Positions 37,589-53,438 of a stretch of DNA of 64,000 nucleotides are shown here, in pieces. How positions within the stretch are numbered: position 1 is the stretch's first letter; each line of letters begins with the position of its first letter. Below the pieces are notes generated by a model that was not told the origin of the DNA, ran no database searches, and worked only from the letters and a program-made list of their open reading frames with translations. The stretch lies in NCBI RefSeq assembly GCF_055900595.2, contig NZ_CM148325.1; one strand, written 5' to 3'. Position numbers and translations under genes: made by a program.

Positions 37589-38597
37589 GAGTGGGTTCCG
37601 TACTCTTTGTTTAGTGTGATTGTGACAGGCGTTTCACCGCCGTCTGTAAAGCGTATGCCCCGACAGCTGTATGCATAGCGATAAATTCCAGCAGGCCGGG
37701 ACGCCGGTCTATTTTGCCCCAGAGTGTCAATGTTTAGACTTGACGGACATTGTGCAGCGATCTGCTGCTATCCTCCGGCAAAAAACAAAATATACCTTCG
37801 TTGCGCCAATGTCACCTTTTCCGCAGCGCAAAAACTGCGTCAGGGAGGACGAGGTCGCACATTATAACGATTTCGTAGCAATTGGCAGCTAAATACTGGT
37901 CTTATCAGGGAAGATAATCAACAGCTAACATGTAAATAACCTTCAACACCGTGTAATTTGCAACAAGCCGCACAATTCACGAAATTAGCGCTATCGTCGA
38001 CGGAACTTCTTATAACGTAAGGCTAAAAGCTGTAAAGCCAGCTCTGCGAAGATGAGGGGCTGCAATGAGATGATCCTCACAGACCACAAATAATGTAGGG
38101 TTGCCAGGATCGCGACAAGATAGACGACATTACGCAGCGGTTGCTGGGGATTACTCAATTTTCACGGCATCGTCCGGATAGACGTCAATGCTAAAGCACG
38201 CAAAATCAACAAACTGACAATGCTCAGCATCAAATAGTTTTGAGTGGTTAATTTATAATCTAATAAAATCAGATTATTCACCCCTGGGATCAGAGTTAAG
38301 GTACAGATTAAGCGTAGCGTCACCCAGGCAAAGCGCCTTAAACCTAACAGACGACGGGACGTATCAATAATGACTATTTAGTGGAGTATCAAGGGTGTTT
38401 TCCACCGTTTGGTGACCCGTATCAATGCGCATCAATTTATGGTCAGTCGAAATCATGACTTTCCAGTTTGGATTATGTTGTACAACTTTCTGACCAAGGT
38501 GTTCGACGAAAGCTGTCCGGCTAACCGCTTTTCCCGTTAATCGATGGAATAATGATTTCAAAATGAGTTCCCTCTCTTATTAATCCTTGCTAAATGG

Positions 38598-39572
38598 TTA
38601 ATTAATCTTCACCAGCGTGCGACCCTGGATCTGGTTATTAATGATGGCTTCGGCAAACTTTGGTGCTTCTGCCAGAGATATCTCTTTTGCTGCCTGGGTA
38701 TAGAATGATTCCGGTAAATCGGCGACCAGTCGCTGCCAGGCTTGTGCGCGGCGTGCTGGTGGCGTCATCACTGAATCCACCCCTTGTAAACGGACATTAC
38801 GCAGAATAAATGGCATGACCGTTGTTGGCAGAGTAAAACCACCCGCCAGACCACAAGCTGCCACGCAGCCTCCGTAATTCATTTGCGCCAGCACTTTCGC
38901 CAGCACTTTGTCGCCAACGGTGTCAATTGCCCCAGCCCAGAGTTGTTTTTCCAGAGGACGGGATTCGGCAAACTCATCGCGAGGGAGAATACGGCTGGCA
39001 CCTAAACTTTTCAGATATTCATGGGTACTTTCGCGACCGGAAACGGCAACGACCTGATAACCCAACTTATGCAGCAGCGCCACGGCGGTACTGCCGACGC
39101 CACCACTGGCACCCGTTACGACAATCTCGCCGTCCTGCGGGCGAACACCGGCATCTTCCAGCGCCATCACACACAGCATGGCGGTAAAACCGGCAGTACC
39201 GATAATCATTGCTTTACGCGCGTCCAGCCCTTGCGGCATGGCAACCAGCCAGTCACCTTTCACTCGCGCCTGCTCCGCCAGCCCACCCCAGTGGTTTTCA
39301 CCAACGCCCCAGCCAGTGAGTAATACGTCCTGACCGGCATGAAAACGCGGATCTTCGCTGGTGCGTACAGTTCCGGCAAAATCGATCCCAGGAATCATCG
39401 GAAAATTACGGATGATTTTTCCCTTACCGGTAATTGCCAGCGCATCTTTGTAGTTCAGGCTCGACCAGTGAACATCAACCGTGACATCGCCCTCCGGCAG
39501 GCGACTTTCGTCCAGAGTCTGTACCGATGCGAGAGTTTTGCCGTCCTGCTGTTCTAAAAGTAACGCCTGCAT
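38598..39572 (-). CDS. acuI: acrylyl-CoA reductase AcuI (YhdH), MDR-family NADPH-dependent oxidoreductase
   Basis: 324 aa; nucleotide-binding motif TGASGGVG. Confidence 0.9.
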   Translation of the reverse strand: MQALLLEQQDGKTLASVQTLDESRLPEGDVTVDVHWSSLNYKDALAITGKGKIIRNFPMIPGIDFAGTVRTSEDPRFHAGQDVLLTGWGVGENHWGGLAEQARVKGDWLVAMPQGLDARKAMIIGTAGFTAMLCVMALEDAGVRPQDGEIVVTGASGGVGSTAVALLHKLGYQVVAVSGRESTHEYLKSLGASRILPRDEFAESRPLEKQLWAGAIDTVGDKVLAKVLAQMNYGGCVAACGLAGGFTLPTTVMPFILRNVRLQGVDSVMTPPARRAQAWQRLVADLPESFYTQAAKEISLAEAPKFAEAIINNQIQGRTLVKIN

Positions 39573-39723
39573 AAGTGGTCCTCATGTGCATGATGGATTG
39601 GAAAATAATTTCTGAAGACTATACTCGCTAATGGAAAAGCAAAGCCGATGAAGCGCAATAAATTGCGAGATAAATCTGATTTGCTAGTATGCCCGCTTCC
39701 TCACTATCGGAGTTAACACAAGG

Positions 39724-41664
39724 ATGAGATTAACGACGAAATTTTCGGCCTTTGTTACGCTGCTCACCGGGTTAACAATTTTTGTGACTTTGTTGGGCTG
39801 TTCGCTAAGTTTCTACAACGCCATTCAGTATAAGTTTAGTCATCGCGTTCAGGCGGTGGCGACGGCGATTGATACCCACCTTGTGTCGAATGACTTCAGC
39901 GCATTAAGGCCACAAATTACCGAATTAATGATGTCAGCAGATATCGTTCGTGTAGACCTGCTACATGGTGATAAACAGGTTTATACCCTCGCCAGAAATG
40001 GTAGTTATCGTCCGGTTGGCACCAGCGATCTGTTTCGCGAACTGAGCGTTCCGTTGATAAAGCATCCGGGGATGTCGCTGCGTCTGGTTTATCAGGATCC
40101 GATGGGCAACTATTTCCATTCGTTGATGACCACCGCGCCGCTCACGGGGGCGATTGGCTTTATCATTCTTATGCTCTTCCTGGCGGTACGCTGGTTACAA
40201 CGGCAACTTGCCGGGCAAGAATTGCTGGAAACCCGGGCTACTCGTATCTTAAACGGTGAGCGTGGCTCTAATGTGTTGGGAACCATCTATGAATGGCCGC
40301 CCAGAACCAGCAGTGCGCTGGATACGCTGCTTCGTGAAATTCAGAACGCACGCGAACAACACAGCCGTCTTGATACGCTGATCCGCTCTTATGCCGCCCA
40401 GGACATGAAAACCGGCCTCAATAACCGACTCTTCTTCGATAATCAGTTGGCAACGTTACTGGAAGATCAGGAGAAAGTAGGTACCCACGGGATCGTGATG
40501 ATGATTCGTCTACCGGATTTCAATATGTTGAGCGATACCTGGGGGCACAGCCAGGTTGAAGAACAGTTCTTCACTCTGACGAATCTGCTGTCGACATTTA
40601 TGATGCGCTACCCTGGCGCACTGCTGGCGCGTTACCACCGCAGTGATTTTGCTGCGCTGTTGCCGCACCGGACGTTAAAAGAGGCTGAGAGCATAGCCAG
40701 TCAGTTAATCAAAGCCGTCGATACCTTGCCGAACAATAAAATGCTCGATCGCGACGATATGATCCACATTGGTATCTGTGCCTGGCGTAGTGGTCAGGAT
40801 ACCGAGCAGGTAATGGAACATGCAGAGTCTGCCACGCGTAATGCGGGATTGCAGGGCGGCAATAGCTGGGCTATTTACGATGACTCGTTGCCTGAAAAAG
40901 GACGCGGTAATGTTCGCTGGCGTACGCTTATCGAGCAAATGCTCAGTCGCGGCGGCCCGCGCCTTTATCAAAAACCGGCGGTTACTCGCGAAGGTCAGGT
41001 TCATCATCGAGAACTCATGTGCCGCATCTTCGATGGTAATGAAGAGGTTAGCTCGGCGGAGTATATGCCGATGGTCTTGCAGTTTGGCTTATCGGAAGAG
41101 TATGACCGCCTGCAAATCAGCCGTCTGATTCCACTATTGCGTTACTGGCCGGAGGAAAATCTGGCGATTCAGGTTACCGTTGAGTCGCTGATTCGCCCGC
41201 GTTTTCAGCGTTGGCTGCGCGATACGTTAATGCAATGTGAAAGATCGCAACGAAAACGCATAATTATTGAACTTGCAGAGGCCGATGTAGGTCAACATAT
41301 CAGTCGTTTACAACCTGTTATTCGTTTAGTGAATGCTTTAGGGGTACGGGTAGCCGTCAACCAGGCTGGTTTGACGCTGGTAAGCACCAGTTGGATCAAA
41401 GAACTTAATGTTGAGTTACTCAAGCTCCATCCGGGGCTGGTCAGAAACATTGAGAAGCGAACGGAGAATCAGCTGCTGGTTCAAAGCCTGGTGGAAGCCT
41501 GCTCCGGGACCAGCACCCAGGTTTACGCCACCGGCGTGCGTTCGCGAAGCGAGTGGCAGACCCTGATTCAGCGCGGTGTTACAGGTGGGCAAGGGGATTT
41601 TTTCGCGTCCTCACAGCCACTTGATACTAACGTGAAAAAATATTCACAAAGATACTCGGTTTAA
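39724..41664 (+). CDS. csrD: CsrD, regulator of CsrB/CsrC sRNA decay (degenerate GGDEF-EAL protein)
   Basis: 646 aa; N-terminal TM segments, HRSDF in place of GGDEF and ELM in place of EAL. Confidence 0.93.
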   Translation: MRLTTKFSAFVTLLTGLTIFVTLLGCSLSFYNAIQYKFSHRVQAVATAIDTHLVSNDFSALRPQITELMMSADIVRVDLLHGDKQVYTLARNGSYRPVGTSDLFRELSVPLIKHPGMSLRLVYQDPMGNYFHSLMTTAPLTGAIGFIILMLFLAVRWLQRQLAGQELLETRATRILNGERGSNVLGTIYEWPPRTSSALDTLLREIQNAREQHSRLDTLIRSYAAQDMKTGLNNRLFFDNQLATLLEDQEKVGTHGIVMMIRLPDFNMLSDTWGHSQVEEQFFTLTNLLSTFMMRYPGALLARYHRSDFAALLPHRTLKEAESIASQLIKAVDTLPNNKMLDRDDMIHIGICAWRSGQDTEQVMEHAESATRNAGLQGGNSWAIYDDSLPEKGRGNVRWRTLIEQMLSRGGPRLYQKPAVTREGQVHHRELMCRIFDGNEEVSSAEYMPMVLQFGLSEEYDRLQISRLIPLLRYWPEENLAIQVTVESLIRPRFQRWLRDTLMQCERSQRKRIIIELAEADVGQHISRLQPVIRLVNALGVRVAVNQAGLTLVSTSWIKELNVELLKLHPGLVRNIEKRTENQLLVQSLVEACSGTSTQVYATGVRSRSEWQTLIQRGVTGGQGDFFASSQPLDTNVKKYSQRYSV

Positions 41665-41842
41665 CCTGCCGTTTAATCCGTTTTCACGTAGAATAACGCG
41701 CGCTGCGTCTCATGGGAGTGTGCTTGTCTGCTCGCCAGATTGTTGCAGCACATATGCAGATGAATGACCTTACGCGGTTGCAAACAGGCGAGGAATGCTG
41801 CTGATGCATTAAGCCTTTCTGGACTCAGGCAGAGATTTGTAA

Positions 41843-43012
<1,170 letters not shown>

Positions 43013-43077
43013 TCGGATACAGGCAGGGGAAGCGTCTGTTTACCCTGCCTGGTCTGATACGAGAATACGCATAACTT

Positions 43078-44669
<1,592 letters not shown>

Positions 44670-44677
44670 AGGTTTCT

Positions 44678-45271
44678 ATGACTTCTCTGTATTTAGCTTC
44701 CGGTTCTCCGCGTCGTCACGAGTTACTTGCGCAACTTGGCGTGACCTTTGAACGTATTGTTACGGGCATTGAGGAGCAGCGTCAGCCGCAGGAGAGCGCG
44801 CAGCAATATGTTGTGCGTCTGGCGCGCGAGAAAGCACAGGCGGGTGTCACGCACACGGCGCAGGATCTCCCGGTGCTGGGTGCGGATACTATCGTTATCC
44901 TGAATGGAGAAGTGCTGGAGAAACCGCGCGACGCAGATCATGCGGCGCAGATGTTGCGCAAACTATCGGGTCAGACCCATCAGGTGATGACGGCAGTGGC
45001 GTTGGCCGACAGTCAGCACATTCTCGATTGCCTGGTGGTCACCGATGTGACGTTCAGAACGTTAACAGACGAAGACATCGCGGGCTATGTCGCCAGCGGA
45101 GAACCGTTAGATAAAGCAGGTGCATACGGTATTCAGGGGTTGGGTGGCTGTTTTGTCAGGAAGATAAATGGCAGCTATCACGCCGTAGTCGGCTTACCGC
45201 TGGTTGAAACGTATGAATTATTAAGTAATTTTAACGCACTGCGTGAGAAAAGGGATAAACATGACGGCTGA
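44678..45271 (+). CDS. yhdE: Maf-like nucleoside triphosphate pyrophosphatase YhdE
   Basis: 197 aa [21 protein letters not shown]... (Maf family). Confidence 0.93.
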   Translation: MTSLYLASGSPRRHELLAQLGVTFERIVTGIEEQRQPQESAQQYVVRLAREKAQAGVTHTAQDLPVLGADTIVILNGEVLEKPRDADHAAQMLRKLSGQTHQVMTAVALADSQHILDCLVVTDVTFRTLTDEDIAGYVASGEPLDKAGAYGIQGLGGCFVRKINGSYHAVVGLPLVETYELLSNFNALREKRDKHDG

Positions 45272-46730
45272 ATTGTTGGTAAACGTAACGCCTTCGGAAA
45301 CGCGAGTGGCGTATATTGATGGCGGTATTCTGCAGGAAATTCATATTGAACGTGAGGCGCGACGCGGAATAGTAGGCAATATCTACAAGGGTCGTGTAAG
45401 TCGTGTACTTCCGGGTATGCAGGCGGCTTTTGTAGATATTGGGCTGGATAAAGCCGCGTTTCTTCATGCATCCGACATCATGCCGCATACTGAGTGTGTG
45501 GCGGGTGAAGAGCAAAAGCAATTCACGGTGCGCGACATCTCGGAACTGGTCCGTCAGGGGCAAGATCTGATGGTGCAGGTGGTGAAAGATCCGCTTGGTA
45601 CTAAAGGTGCGCGCCTGACCACCGATATCACTCTGCCATCTCGCTATCTGGTTTTTATGCCAGGTGCTTCTCATGTTGGGGTTTCCCAACGTATCGAAAG
45701 CGAATCCGAACGTGAACGCCTGAAAAAAGTGGTCGCGGAGTATTGCGACGAGCAGGGCGGGTTTATCATCCGTACTGCAGCGGAAGGTGTTGGTGAGGCT
45801 GAACTGGCCTCCGATGCCGCTTATCTGAAACGTGTCTGGACCAAAGTCATGGAGCGTAAAAAGCGCCCGCAGACCCGTTATCAGCTATACGGCGAACTGG
45901 CGTTGGCGCAGCGTGTTCTGCGTGATTTCGCCGACGCCGAGCTGGACCGCATTCGCGTTGACTCGCGCCTGACTTACGAAGCATTGCTGGAGTTTACCTC
46001 GGAGTACATTCCCGAGATGACCAGCAAGCTGGAGCATTACACAGGCCGCCAACCGATTTTCGATCTCTTTGATGTTGAAAACGAAATCCAGCGGGCGCTG
46101 GAACGCAAAGTTGAACTAAAATCCGGTGGCTATCTGATTATCGACCAGACCGAAGCGATGACCACCGTGGACATCAATACCGGGGCGTTTGTCGGTCATC
46201 GCAATCTGGACGACACCATCTTCAATACCAATATTGAAGCGACGCAGGCTATTGCTCGCCAGTTACGGTTGCGTAACCTGGGCGGGATCATCATTATTGA
46301 TTTCATCGACATGAATAATGAAGATCACCGTCGCCGCGTGTTGCATTCGCTGGAGCAGGCGTTGAGCAAAGACCGGGTGAAAACCAGCGTTAATGGTTTT
46401 TCGGCGCTGGGGCTGGTGGAGATGACGCGTAAACGCACTCGCGAAAGCATTGAACACGTATTGTGTAACGAATGTCCGACTTGCCACGGTCGCGGAACGG
46501 TGAAAACTGTGGAAACCGTATGTTATGAAATCATGCGCGAGATTGTTCGTGTACACCATGCTTACGATTCCGACCGTTTCCTGGTCTATGCTTCTCCGGC
46601 AGTAGCCGAAGCCTTGAAAGGCGAAGAGTCACACTCGCTGGCGGAAGTGGAAATTTTCGTTGGCAAACAGGTTAAAGTACAAATTGAACCGCTCTATAAC
46701 CAGGAGCAGTTTGACGTCGTAATGATGTAA
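45261..46730 (+). CDS. rng: ribonuclease G
   Basis: 489 aa from [23 protein letters not shown]1 domain and RNase E/G catalytic core. Confidence 0.95.
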
Positions 46731-46797
46731 ACAGATGCTGGGCCGCCATCCGGCAAAGGGTTTTTGAGTCACATTTTTAGCAGACAAGGAGTGACGG

Positions 46798-49700
46798 GTG
46801 AGGCGATTGCCGGGGATTTTACTGCTTACTGGAGCCGCGCTCGTTGTGATAGCTGCCCTGCTGGTTAGCGGCCTGCGTATTGCTTTACCGCATCTTGACG
46901 CCTGGCGTCCGGAAATCCTCAACAAAATAGAATCCGCGACTGGCATGCCGGTTGAAGCCAGTCAGCTCTCAGCCAGCTGGCAGAATTTTGGCCCGACGCT
47001 TGAAGCGCACGACATCCGTGCAGAACTAAAAGATGGCGGCGAATTTTCGGTTAAACGCGTTACTCTGGCGCTGGATGTCTGGCAAAGCCTGTTACATATG
47101 CGCTGGCAGTTTCGTGACCTCACTTTCTGGCAGCTGCGCTTTCGCACCAACACTCCTATCACCAGCAGCGGTGGTAATGATAGCCTGGAAGCTAGTCACA
47201 TCAGCGATCTGTTTCTTCGTCAATTCGACCATTTCGATCTCCGCGACAGTGAAGTCAGTTTCCTGACGCCATCCGGTCAGCGCGCCGAGCTGGCGATCCC
47301 ACAACTCACCTGGCTGAACGATCCACGTCGACACCGTGCGGAAGGCCTGGTAAGCCTCTCCAGCCTTACCGGACAGCACGGCGTGATGCAGGTGCGCATG
47401 GATTTGCGCGATGATGAGGGGTTGTTAAGCAATGGTCGCGTCTGGCTCCAGGCGGATGACATCGACCTGAAGCCGTGGCTCGGTAAATGGATGCAGGACA
47501 ATATTGCGCTGGAAACGGCACAGTTCTCCCTTGAAGGCTGGATGACGATCGACAAAGGCGATGTAACCGGCGGTGACGTCTGGCTGAAACAGGGCGGTGC
47601 CAGCTGGTTGGGCGAGAAGCAAACGCATACGCTGTCGGTGGATAATCTGACCGCGCATATTACGCGTGAAAACCCGGGCTGGCAGTTCTCTATTCCCGAC
47701 ACACGGATCACGATGGACGGCAAACCCTGGCCGAGCGGAGCATTGACGCTGGCCTGGATACCGGAACAGAACGTCGGCGGCAAAGACAATAAACGCAGTG
47801 ACGAACTCCGGATTCGCGCCAGTAATCTGGAGCTGGCAGGCCTGGAGGGCGTACGCCCGCTGGCCGCGAAACTTTCACCTGCACTTGGTGATGTTTGGCG
47901 CTCCACACAACCGAGCGGCAAGATAAACACGCTGGCGCTGGATATCCCGCTTCAGGCGGCAGACAAGACCCGTTTTCAGGCATCGTGGAGCGATCTGGCC
48001 TGGAAGCAATGGAAATTATTACCGGGTGCGGAACACTTCTCCGGGACGCTTTCCGGCAGCGTAGAAAATGGTTTGCTTACCGCGTCGATGAAGCAGGCAA
48101 AGATGCCTTACGAAACGGTATTCCGTGCGCCACTGGAAATCGCCGACGGCCAGGCTACGATAAGCTGGCTGAACAATGACAAAGGTTTCCAGCTGGATGG
48201 GCGTAATATTGACGTTAAAGCTAAAGCCGTCCATGCGCGCGGCGGTTTTCGTTACCTGCAACCTGCTAACGATGAACCCTGGCTGGGTATTCTGGCTGGC
48301 ATCAGTACCGATGATGGTTCACAAGCCTGGCGCTATTTCCCGGAAAACCTGATGGGTAAAGACCTGGTTGATTACTTAAGTGGCGCGATTCAGGGCGGTG
48401 AAGCGGATAACGCGACGCTGGTTTATGGTGGCAATCCGCAACTCTTCCCCTATAAACACAACGAAGGTCAGTTTGAAGTGCTGGTGCCGCTACGCAACGC
48501 GAAGTTTGCCTTCCAGCCGGACTGGCCTGCATTAACTAACCTTGATATTGAACTGGATTTTATTAACGACGGTTTATGGATGAAAACCGATGGCGTTAAT
48601 CTGGGCGGCGTGCGCGCGAGTAATCTCACCGCAGTGATCCCTGACTACTCAAAAGAAAAACTGCTGATTGACGCTGACATTAAAGGTCCGGGTAAAGCCG
48701 TTGGCCCTTACTTTGATGAGACACCGCTGAAAGATTCCCTGGGTGCGACCCTGCAAGAACTCCAGCTCGACGGCGATGTGAATGCTCGCTTACATCTTGA
48801 TATCCCGCTGAACGGCGAGTTGGTAACCGCGAAAGGGGAAGTGACGCTGCGTAATAACAGTCTGTTTATCAAACCACTCGACAGCACCCTGAAAAATTTG
48901 AGCGGTAAATTCAGCTTTATCAATGGCGATCTGCAAAGTGAACCACTGACAGCAAGCTGGTTTAATCAGCCGTTGAACGTGGATTTCTCCACCAAAGAAG
49001 GGGCAAAAGCCTACCAGGTCGCGTTGAATCTCAACGGTAACTGGCAACCAGCGAAAACCGGCGTTCTGCCTGCAGCGGTGAACGAAGCATTAAGTGGCAG
49101 CGTGGCGTGGGATGGTAAAGTGGGCATTGAGCTGCCTTATCAAGCTGGCGCGACGTATAACGTAGAGCTAAACGGCGATTTGAAGAATGTGAGCAGTCAC
49201 TTACCTTCACCGTTAGCCAAACCTGCGGGTGAACCACTGCCGGTAAACGTTAAGGTTGATGGCAATCTCAACAGTTTTGATTTAACCGGACAGGCTGGTG
49301 CGGATAACCATTTCAATAGCCGCTGGTTGCTCGGTCAAAAGCTGACGCTCGATCGTGCTATTTGGGCGGCAGACAGTAAAACGCTCCCGCCGTTGCCGGA
49401 ACAAAGTGGCGTTGAACTCAATATGCCGCCGATGAATGGTGCCGAGTGGCTGGCCCTGTTCCAGAAAGGCGCGGCGGAGAGTGTCGGTGGTGCAGCGAGT
49501 TTCCCACAACACATAACGTTACGTACGCCTATGTTGTCGCTGGGAAATCAGCAATGGAATAACCTGAGTATTGTTTCGCAACCGACGGCAAATGGCTCCC
49601 AGGTTGAGGCGCAAGGGCGTGAAATCAACGCCACGCTGGCGATGCGTAATAACGCACCGTGGCTGGCGAATATCAAATATCTTTATTACAACCCAAGCGT

Positions 49701-50598
49701 GGCGAAAACTCGTGGTGATTCAACACAGTCATCATCTTTCCCGACAACGGAACGCATTAACTTCCGTGGCTGGCCAGACGCACAAATACGATGCGCAGAG
49801 TGCTGGTTTTGGGGGCAAAAATTCGGTCGCATTGACAGTGATATCACTATTTCTGGCGATACGTTAACACTGACTAATGGACTGATTGATACTGGCTTTT
49901 CGCGGCTCACTGCCGATGGTGAATGGGTTAACAATCCGGGAAATGAACGCACCTCGCTGAAAGGAAAACTGCGCGGGCAGAAAATTGATGCCGCCGCAGA
50001 GTTTTTTGGTGTCACGACGCCCATACGCCAGTCGTCATTTAATGTGGATTACGATTTACACTGGCGCAAAGCACCCTGGCAGCCAGATGAGGCGACGTTG
50101 AATGGCATCATTCATACTCAACTGGGCAAAGGCGAAATTACCGAAATCAACACCGGACATGCAGGGCAATTGCTGCGCCTACTGAGCGTTGATGCCCTGA
50201 TGCGTAAGCTGCGTTTTGATTTCAGAGACACCTTTGGCGAAGGGTTCTATTTTGACTCTATTCGCAGCACCGCGTGGATTAAAGACGGCGTTATGCACAC
50301 CGACGACACGCTGGTGGATGGCCTGGAGGCGGACATCGCTATGAAAGGGTCGGTAAATCTGGTACGTCGCGACCTGAATATGGAAGCGGTTGTCGCACCA
50401 GAGATTTCTGCGACGGTGGGTGTGGCTGCGGCCTTTGCGGTTAACCCCATTGTTGGCGCGGCAGTGTTTGCCGCCAGTAAAGTGCTGGGACCGTTGTGGA
50501 GCAAAGTCTCCATTTTGCGCTATCACATTTCGGGTCCGCTGGACGATCCGCAAATCAACGAAGTGTTGCGCCAACCGCGTAAAGAAAAAGCGCAATGA
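46798..50598 (+). CDS. yhdP: AsmA-like envelope protein YhdP (inner-to-outer-membrane phospholipid transport)
   Basis: 1266-aa ORF with a single N-terminal TM anchor and a long beta-rich periplasmic body. Confidence 0.93.
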   Translation: MRRLPGILLLTGAALVVIAALLVSGLRIALPHLDAWRPEILNKIESATGMPVEASQLSASWQNFGPTLEAHDIRAELKDGGEFSVKRVTLALDVWQSLLHMRWQFRDLTFWQLRFRTNTPITSSGGNDSLEASHISDLFLRQFDHFDLRDSEVSFLTPSGQRAELAIPQLTWLNDPRRHRAEGLVSLSSLTGQHGVMQVRMDLRDDEGLLSNGRVWLQADDIDLKPWLGKWMQDNIALETAQFSLEGWMTIDKGDVTGGDVWLKQGGASWLGEKQTHTLSVDNLTAHITRENPGWQFSIPDTRITMDGKPWPSGALTLAWIPEQNVGGKDNKRSDELRIRASNLELAGLEGVRPLAAKLSPALGDVWRSTQPSGKINTLALDIPLQAADKTRFQASWSDLAWKQWKLLPGAEHFSGTLSGSVENGLLTASMKQAKMPYETVFRAPLEIADGQATISWLNNDKGFQLDGRNIDVKAKAVHARGGFRYLQPANDEPWLGILAGISTDDGSQAWRYFPENLMGKDLVDYLSGAIQGGEADNATLVYGGNPQLFPYKHNEGQFEVLVPLRNAKFAFQPDWPALTNLDIELDFINDGLWMKTDGVNLGGVRASNLTAVIPDYSKEKLLIDADIKGPGKAVGPYFDETPLKDSLGATLQELQLDGDVNARLHLDIPLNGELVTAKGEVTLRNNSLFIKPLDSTLKNLSGKFSFINGDLQSEPLTASWFNQPLNVDFSTKEGAKAYQVALNLNGNWQPAKTGVLPAAVNEALSGSVAWDGKVGIELPYQAGATYNVELNGDLKNVSSHLPSPLAKPAGEPLPVNVKVDGNLNSFDLTGQAGADNHFNSRWLLGQKLTLDRAIWAADSKTLPPLPEQSGVELNMPPMNGAEWLALFQKGAAESVGGAASFPQHITLRTPMLSLGNQQWNNLSIVSQPTANGSQVEAQGREINATLAMRNNAPWLANIKYLYYNPSVAKTRGDSTQSSSFPTTERINFRGWPDAQIRCAECWFWGQKFGRIDSDITISGDTLTLTNGLIDTGFSRLTADGEWVNNPGNERTSLKGKLRGQKIDAAAEFFGVTTPIRQSSFNVDYDLHWRKAPWQPDEATLNGIIHTQLGKGEITEINTGHAGQLLRLLSVDALMRKLRFDFRDTFGEGFYFDSIRSTAWIKDGVMHTDDTLVDGLEADIAMKGSVNLVRRDLNMEAVVAPEISATVGVAAAFAVNPIVGAAVFAASKVLGPLWSKVSILRYHISGPLDDPQINEVLRQPRKEKAQ

Positions 50599-50672
50599 TT
50601 TGACGAGGGCGCGTAATTGCCCCAATCTCATATGATAATCGTTGCCAAAGGCCAACGAGCCGGAACATAACC

Positions 50673-50708
50673 GTAGGCCGGACAGGGCGTTCACGCCGCA
50701 TCCGGCAG
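50673..50708. repeat. REP (repetitive extragenic palindromic) element
   Basis: GTAGGCCGGACAGGGCGTTCACGCCGCATCCGGCAG, the canonical E. coli REP consensus type, between yhdP and tldD. Confidence 0.85.
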
Positions 50709-50738
50709 CCGTAAAAAATCCTCTACTGCAGTAACTAA

Positions 50739-52199
<1,461 letters not shown>

Positions 52200-52326
52200 T
52201 AATTTCAGTATTTTCAGAAGGATAATTAATCCTTCTCCGTGTACGAACGGTCCCCTTGCCCCTCTGTGGAGAAGGTTAGGGGAACCCGTTGGCACAGGTT
52301 TGTACAACGTAACAGTACAATATGAA

Positions 52327-53256
52327 TTACTTCTCTTTCCCGCGCCCGTGCATTTCCTGAAACAATTTACCGACCTCAACAAAATAATCCGTCAGTGAGT
52401 TGATCACGACCTGCACCTTCAGCGGCAGTTTATCTTTTTCAGTATACAACGCATAAACCGGGCGTGGATCTGACTGGTAACGCGGCAGCAGGATCTCAAG
52501 CTCACCTCGATTGATCTCGTTGATCACCCACATCAGCGGCACGTAGGCAATCCCGGCACCTGCCGTCAGCCAGCGCACCAGCGTCATCGGATCATTAGTC
52601 ACAAATCTCCCTTGCGGGATCAAGCGAGTCGAGATCCCTTCCGGTGCGATCAGTTCAAATTCATTGTCCGGACGCACGCTGTATTCAAGCCATGAATGGC
52701 TACTTAAATCGGCGGGTTTTTCCGGTATGCCGTATTGTGTGAGATAGCCTTTCGCGGCGCACACCACCATTGGCATCGCGCCCAGACGGCGGGAAAACAG
52801 GCTGGAATCCTGCAACGCGCCGACGCGGATCACCACATCCAGACCGTCGGCAATCAGGTCGGGGGCAGGAATTCCGGTAACCAGATTAACGCTCAAACCT
52901 GGGTATTCTTTCAGCATTTTGGCTGTTAGCCCGGCGAGAACATTTTGTGCCATAGTTGAAGAACAGCCAATGCGCAGCGTCCCGATGGGGGTGTTATTGA
53001 AGGCATACAGTTGCTCATGAACATCCTGCACTTCATGAAGCATCCGACGGCAGCCCTGGTAGTAAATTCTACCGGCTTCGGTCAGGCCAATGCTGCGTGT
53101 GCTACGGTTTAACAGCTTTACCTGCAACTCATCTTCCAATTTTGACACCGTCTGACTGATGGACGAAACGCTCATCTGTAGCTGTCTGGCGGCGGCGGTA
53201 AAAGAGCCAAATTCAACTACTTTGGCAAACACCGACATGCGTTTTAGTCGTTCCAT
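52327..53256 (-). CDS. aaeR: LysR-family transcriptional activator AaeR
   Basis: 309 aa; N-terminal LysR HTH (FGSFTAAARQLQMSVSSISQTVSKLE); divergent from aaeXAB. Confidence 0.93.
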   Translation of the reverse strand: MERLKRMSVFAKVVEFGSFTAAARQLQMSVSSISQTVSKLEDELQVKLLNRSTRSIGLTEAGRIYYQGCRRMLHEVQDVHEQLYAFNNTPIGTLRIGCSSTMAQNVLAGLTAKMLKEYPGLSVNLVTGIPAPDLIADGLDVVIRVGALQDSSLFSRRLGAMPMVVCAAKGYLTQYGIPEKPADLSSHSWLEYSVRPDNEFELIAPEGISTRLIPQGRFVTNDPMTLVRWLTAGAGIAYVPLMWVINEINRGELEILLPRYQSDPRPVYALYTEKDKLPLKVQVVINSLTDYFVEVGKLFQEMHGRGKEK

Positions 53257-53438
53257 TATTCACTCTGACTTAAAAGTGATTTAGATCACATAATATAGAT
53301 AACAGCATAACAGTTACGTTAATATATTAAATATCAATCTACAGCAATGTTGCTCTCGCCCGGCTTTCCATGCCCTTCTCTGCGGCGACAGATGCTGAAA
53401 ATAATAACGCCTGCTCTCTCTATACAACCAAGGTCAAC

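Noticed and set aside
38364-38561. 65-aa minus-strand ORF just downstream of acuI
   Set aside because: Start codon is TTG on inspection, with no Shine-Dalgarno sequence and no recognisable motif; kept only as a very weak small-protein candidate
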